This document shows positions 63,675-64,000 of a stretch of 64,000 bases of DNA, one piece after another. The stretch is from assembly GCA_965285935.1 (NCBI GenBank), contig OZ260663.1, positions 77,500,001 through 77,564,000 of the forward strand, in the 5' to 3' direction. Position 1 is the first letter of the stretch. Every line of letters starts with the position of its first letter. The notes under the pieces are model-generated. The model saw only the letters and a list, made by a program, of their open reading frames with translations. It was not told where the DNA came from and searched no databases. This DNA comes from Ophelia neglecta. Its lineage: Eukaryota. Made by a program: the position numbers and the translations under genes.

Positions 63675-64000
63675 CATTGTTTCCCGCTGCTGAAGGCCAA
63701 AGGGAGACATATAGATGGAATGCGTTCGTCCGTCCGTCCGTCAAGGCACGACATTCACCTGTCGCCCACTATACTACTTAGATATTGTTATTGAGATACA
63801 TCACTTGGGTGGTTCTAATTAAATACAAGACCTCAGCCTGACCCACAGTGCCAGGGGGTACTGGGAATTGGAGCAACCATGCTTATCAGTTTGATATCTC
63901 AGCAACCAATCATTGGCAGAAAAGTCGTCGGACATCGAACATTAGCGAGACCTATACTAACAAATATCTGGTACCGATTATTTATAACACTTCTTTCCAT
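63675..64000 (+). mobile_element. 5' end of a Helentron/HINE (DINE-1-like) non-autonomous element, truncated by the window edge
   Basis: T-rich start, short inverted repeat (tccc...ggga) and a (GTCC)n microsatellite at about 63728-63742, followed by gatatctc-type sequence. This is the usual HINE layout. Confidence 0.5.

Overview
This is eukaryotic (animal, probably marine invertebrate/lophotrochozoan-like; taxon is inference) genomic DNA, roughly 39% GC by eye and almost entirely intronic or intergenic. Most ORFs in the supplied track are spurious. The only well-supported protein-coding gene is the 5' part of a minus-strand Neto (neuropilin and tolloid-like, NETO/SOL-2 family ionotropic glutamate receptor auxiliary subunit) gene. 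I reconstructed three in-phase exons: a signal-peptide exon missing from the ORF track (35510-35438) and two CUB1 exons (14077-13913, 8399-8139). All are joined by phase-1 GT-AG introns of about 21.4 kb and 5.5 kb. I found no CUB2, LDLa or TM exons, so they probably lie beyond the left edge. A probable spliced, GC-rich 5' leader lies at about 35511-36420. It carries many upstream ATGs, including a chain of two uORFs coupled to each other and to the main ORF by TAATG stop-start overlaps, which is the most unusual feature I found. The rest is decayed mobile DNA: CR1/L2-like LINE fragments, a possible Gypsy integrase remnant, three copies of a TA-flanked MITE, other TIR elements, a Helentron/HINE-like end, a tRNA-derived SINE head, minisatellites and a 0.55-kb tandem duplication. 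There is no CRISPR array, rRNA, intact tRNA or prokaryotic system.
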